Below are positions 60,802 through 64,000 of a stretch of DNA of 64,000 nucleotides, piece by piece (within the stretch, counting starts at the first letter, position 1; every line of letters starts with the position of its first letter). The stretch lies in contig OZ024743.1 of the NCBI GenBank assembly GCA_964016885.1, positions 67,332,001 through 67,396,000 of the forward strand, given 5' to 3'. The position numbers and the translations under genes are program-made. The notes beneath the pieces are model-generated. The model was not told where the DNA came from. It worked only from the letters and a program-made list of their open reading frames with translations, and searched no databases. Source of the stretch: Eledone cirrhosa (taxonomy: Eukaryota).

Positions 60802-61333
60802 TGAGCCCTATGAATTTGACCTGCCTCAATAGTTGGTATTGCCCAGTTCACTGTAGCAAGAAACGTTAGAGCAACATTAAGTTGGAAGTTAAACGATGCG
60901 GCTAAAGTATATATTCATTTCAGGAGGCCATTTTTATTACTATTATAAGACTATTTTCAATGTTTCTTTTATTGAACACGTATACTTAGTAGCATCTAGC
61001 TATCTGCACAGAAGACATAGAACACTTGAAGTTTTCAGACATTTCATTAAGTAAGTTTGTCTAACAAATGTAAAGAGACCATGTTATCCTCTGTTCACTA
61101 TGAGTTACTGAAGTCGTTCTCTATAATTCAGATAATTTCGTGCATTACAATGACACATTCTCGTCTGATTACTTAGCATGTTGAATACTGTAAGTTTAAT
61201 AATTCTATTAACAAGAATCTCATCTTAACTGACGTTAACATAATTACAATACACAAATAAATTGTGTAGTTCATCTTATTTTCTTCCCACTCTTCCAATA
61301 AAAAGCTCTGTCACGGTATTCTACTAAAACATC

Positions 61334-61365
<32 letters not shown>

Positions 61366-61394
61366 TTGAATGTCAAGGTTAATTTAAGACACAT

Positions 61395-61740
61395 TCTTCT
61401 TTCTTTCTCTTTTTGGCTTGCCTGATTAGCCTGGAGTCATCCTAGGTCACTGATCCCAGAGGTATAACTGTTTGTAGAGCCGCCCAGGTCCACCAGTGCC
61501 CTCCATCGCTGGTTGTCCCGTGTCAGCTCCTCTGCATCCTCCAAGTTGACCTCTAGCCTCTGGAGATCTTCCATGATGACATCCAGACATCTGATAAGGG
61601 GCCTGCCACGGGACCTCCGCCAGCCTTTAGCTGCTGCGTCGAACGAGGCTAAGGCTCTGGTAGAATGATCTGGTAGGAGCGGAAGACATGTCCGTACCAG
61701 CGCATGCGGCAAATGGCTATGAGGCAGGAGGCTGCTGACT
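61395..61740 (-). mobile_element. RTE-clade LINE 3' end
   Basis: GWRRSRGRPLIRCLDVIMEDL...AEELTRDNQRWRALV is the typical RTE ORF C-terminus, followed by a short UTR and A/G-rich tail. Confidence 0.75.
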
Positions 61741-61821
61741 GATTTAAGACACAATCAAAAATATATTGACTACCTGTAAAAAACATATGACCTTGTGGTT
61801 AGGGTACTGGATACACATCTA

Positions 61822-62061
61822 TTAACCCTTTAGCATTTAAACCGGCCATATCAGGCCAGAATTCTCTCACCTCTTTCTGTTCAAACTGGCCATAACTGGC
61901 TGCTCATACTAACATTAAGGTATTGTTCTCAAAATGAATAATATGAAAATCTCATAGATTCAATATTATGTGAGATAATTATGTAAGATAAAGCCTTTAC
62001 CACAAAAATACAATAGTAAATATAGAGTAATGTCAAAGGTTCTGAATGGCAAAACAGTTAA
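61822..62061. mobile_element. Possible TTAA-CCC (piggyBac-like) MITE remnant
   Basis: Left end TTAA|CCCTTTAGCATT; degenerate right end GAATGGCAAAACAG|TTAA. Confidence 0.35.
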
Positions 62062-62149
62062 GTCAAAGGTTCAATTATTTGATCAGCAAAACATTGCATT
62101 TCAGTGTACATTTTACGATAGGACTGAGCTCACATTATTAAAGCACCCA

Positions 62150-62337
62150 GGGCGGTGGATTGGCAGTATCGGTAGGGGGTCAGACGCCATGCTTTGACGC
62201 ACAGAGTTACGGCCCTTGCCATTCTGAGTTCAAATCCCGCCGAGGTTAACTTTGCCTTTCATCGTTACGAGGAAGATAATATAAAGTACTAGTAATACAC
62301 TGGGATAATTGCTGGCCTTGTGCCAAACGTAGAAACA
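62150..62337 (+). mobile_element. SINE family 2 with 16-bp TSD
   Basis: TSD ATTATTAAAGCACCCA at 62134-62149 and 62338-62353. Confidence 0.92.
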
Positions 62338-62454
62338 ATTATTAAAGCACCCAAACTAAACTTACGTTGGTTTGAGCTCGAAATTCCATTTGATTGCATC
62401 TGACCCACTGAACCAACCATCACTTTCAACATCGCTACCATTATAATCTAAACA

Positions 62455-63225
62455 ATAACCACTACCACCATAATCACCTTCACCACCATCATCACCACCA
62501 CCATCACTACCACCCCCACCCCACCCCACCACCATTATCTCCACCATCGAAACCACCACCATCATCACCACCACCATCACTACCACCGCCACCTCACTCC
62601 CACCACCATGATCTCCACCATCGAAACCACCACCATCACCACCATCACCATCACTACCACCACCACCACCACCACCACCATTAACTCCACCATCGAAACC
62701 ACCACCATCACTACCACCACCACCACCACTATCTCCACCATCGAAACCACCACCATCGCCGCCACCATCACCACCACCACCACCATTACTACCGCCACCG
62801 GCTCCAACATTTATCACCACCATCGCTACCACCATCACCACAGATGATAGCAACATCGCCACCTCCAGCAGCAGTATTACCACGGTAACAACAACCGTTG
62901 TCTTCACTACAACCACCACCACCACCACCACCACCACCACCACAACCACCACCACCACAACAACTACCACCACAACCACCACCACCACCACCACCACCAC
63001 CACCACCACCACAACTACCACCACAACCACCACAACCACCACCACCGCCACCACCACCACAACCACCACCACCACCACCACCACCTCCACCACAACAACC
63101 ACCACCACCAACACCACTACCACCACCACCACAACAACCACCACCACCACCACCACTACCACCACCACCACTACAACCACCACCACCACAACCACCACCA
63201 CAACCACCACCACCACCACCACCAT
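62455..63225. repeat. (ACC)n-derived trinucleotide array
   Basis: Directly visible. Confidence 0.9.
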
Positions 63226-63344
63226 GTATGTTACCCATTAGAGATAACGATCATGAATATTCCGTGTGTTTATATAGGTTGGTGATGTAGTCGGAAATGG
63301 ATGGGAAACTGTGAGGTGGGGAGGAGAGGGAGATGGCGTTGTTA

Positions 63345-63950
63345 TAGATGGTGGTGGTGATGGTGGTGGTGATGGTGGTTTTGGAGGGGGTGGTGATGGT
63401 GGTAGGTGATTACGGTGGTCGGGGTGGCGATGGTGGTGTTGGAGGAGGTGATTATGGTGGTGGGGGTGGTGATGGTGGTGGGTGATTACGGTGATCGGGA
63501 TGGCGACGGCGGTGTTGGAGGGGGTGATTATGGTGGTGGTGGTGGGGGGGGGGGGGTAGGTGATTACGGTGATCGGGATGGCGATGGCAGTGTTGGAGGG
63601 GGTGATTATGGTGGTGGGTGATTACGGTGGTCGGGGTGGCGATGGCGGTGTTGGAGGGGGTGATTATGGTGGTGGGGGTGGTGATGGTGGTAGGTGATTA
63701 CGGTGGTCATATTTGTGATGATGATGGTGCTGGGGTGATGATGGTGGAAGGGATATTGTTGGGGGGGGGGGGTGTCATGCTGGTAGAGAGGGTAGTGATT
63801 GCCATATTGGTGATGGTGATGGTGTTGGGGGGGAGTCATTGTGGTGGTTGTGGTTGTGATATTGGTGATGATGATGATCTTGGTGTTGGAAGGGGGCGTC
63901 ATGGTGGTGGAGGGTGTGGTGATTGTGATGTTAATGGTGGTGGGTGGGGT
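63345..63950. repeat. (GGT)n-derived G-rich array with ~70-bp higher-order unit
   Basis: GGTGATTACGGTG(G/A)TCGGG(G/A)TGGCGA recurs four times (~63405, 63481, 63560, 63617). Confidence 0.85.
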
Positions 63951-64000
63951 CTGTGTTTCTTATATTTGTGATGGTGTTGCTGATGCATATACCGGTGATA

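Noticed and set aside
62366-62447. Possible minus-strand exon ending at a strong donor AC|GTAAGT
   Set aside because: No good polypyrimidine acceptor; it merges into the ACC array and has no recognisable protein.

Overview
Eukaryotic, gene-poor and extremely repeat-rich DNA. The SINE families and (TA)n/(GGT)n content suggest an octopus-like cephalopod, which is inference only. No intact host gene can be supported, and almost all long ORFs in the track are microsatellite artefacts. 1-8.5 kb holds SINEs, CR1 and Tx1 LINE fragments and TA arrays. 8.5-32.1 kb is a composite tandem array of GGT/GAT minisatellites alternating with APE-type LINE fragments and decayed Gypsy internal regions. 35.5-60.1 kb is a cluster of Penelope-like elements (PLEs) embedded in kb-long TA-derived arrays. 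Four observations stand out. (1) A PLE at 41.75-46.0 kb has a canonical Penelope/Poseidon-type RT joined in frame to the linker of a different, Naiad-type PLE, followed by that type's GIY-YIG and 3' hammerhead region; a Naiad-type relative sits at 51.9-54.9 kb. (2) A correctly phased U_UUU_UUA -1 slippery site links its ORF1 to the RT ORF. (3) There are three distinct hammerhead-ribozyme architectures, including a compensatory U3-A8 core in three copies and a form with a long hairpin inserted in stem II. (4) A 392-bp inverted pLTR fold-back lies at 58.6-59.9 kb.
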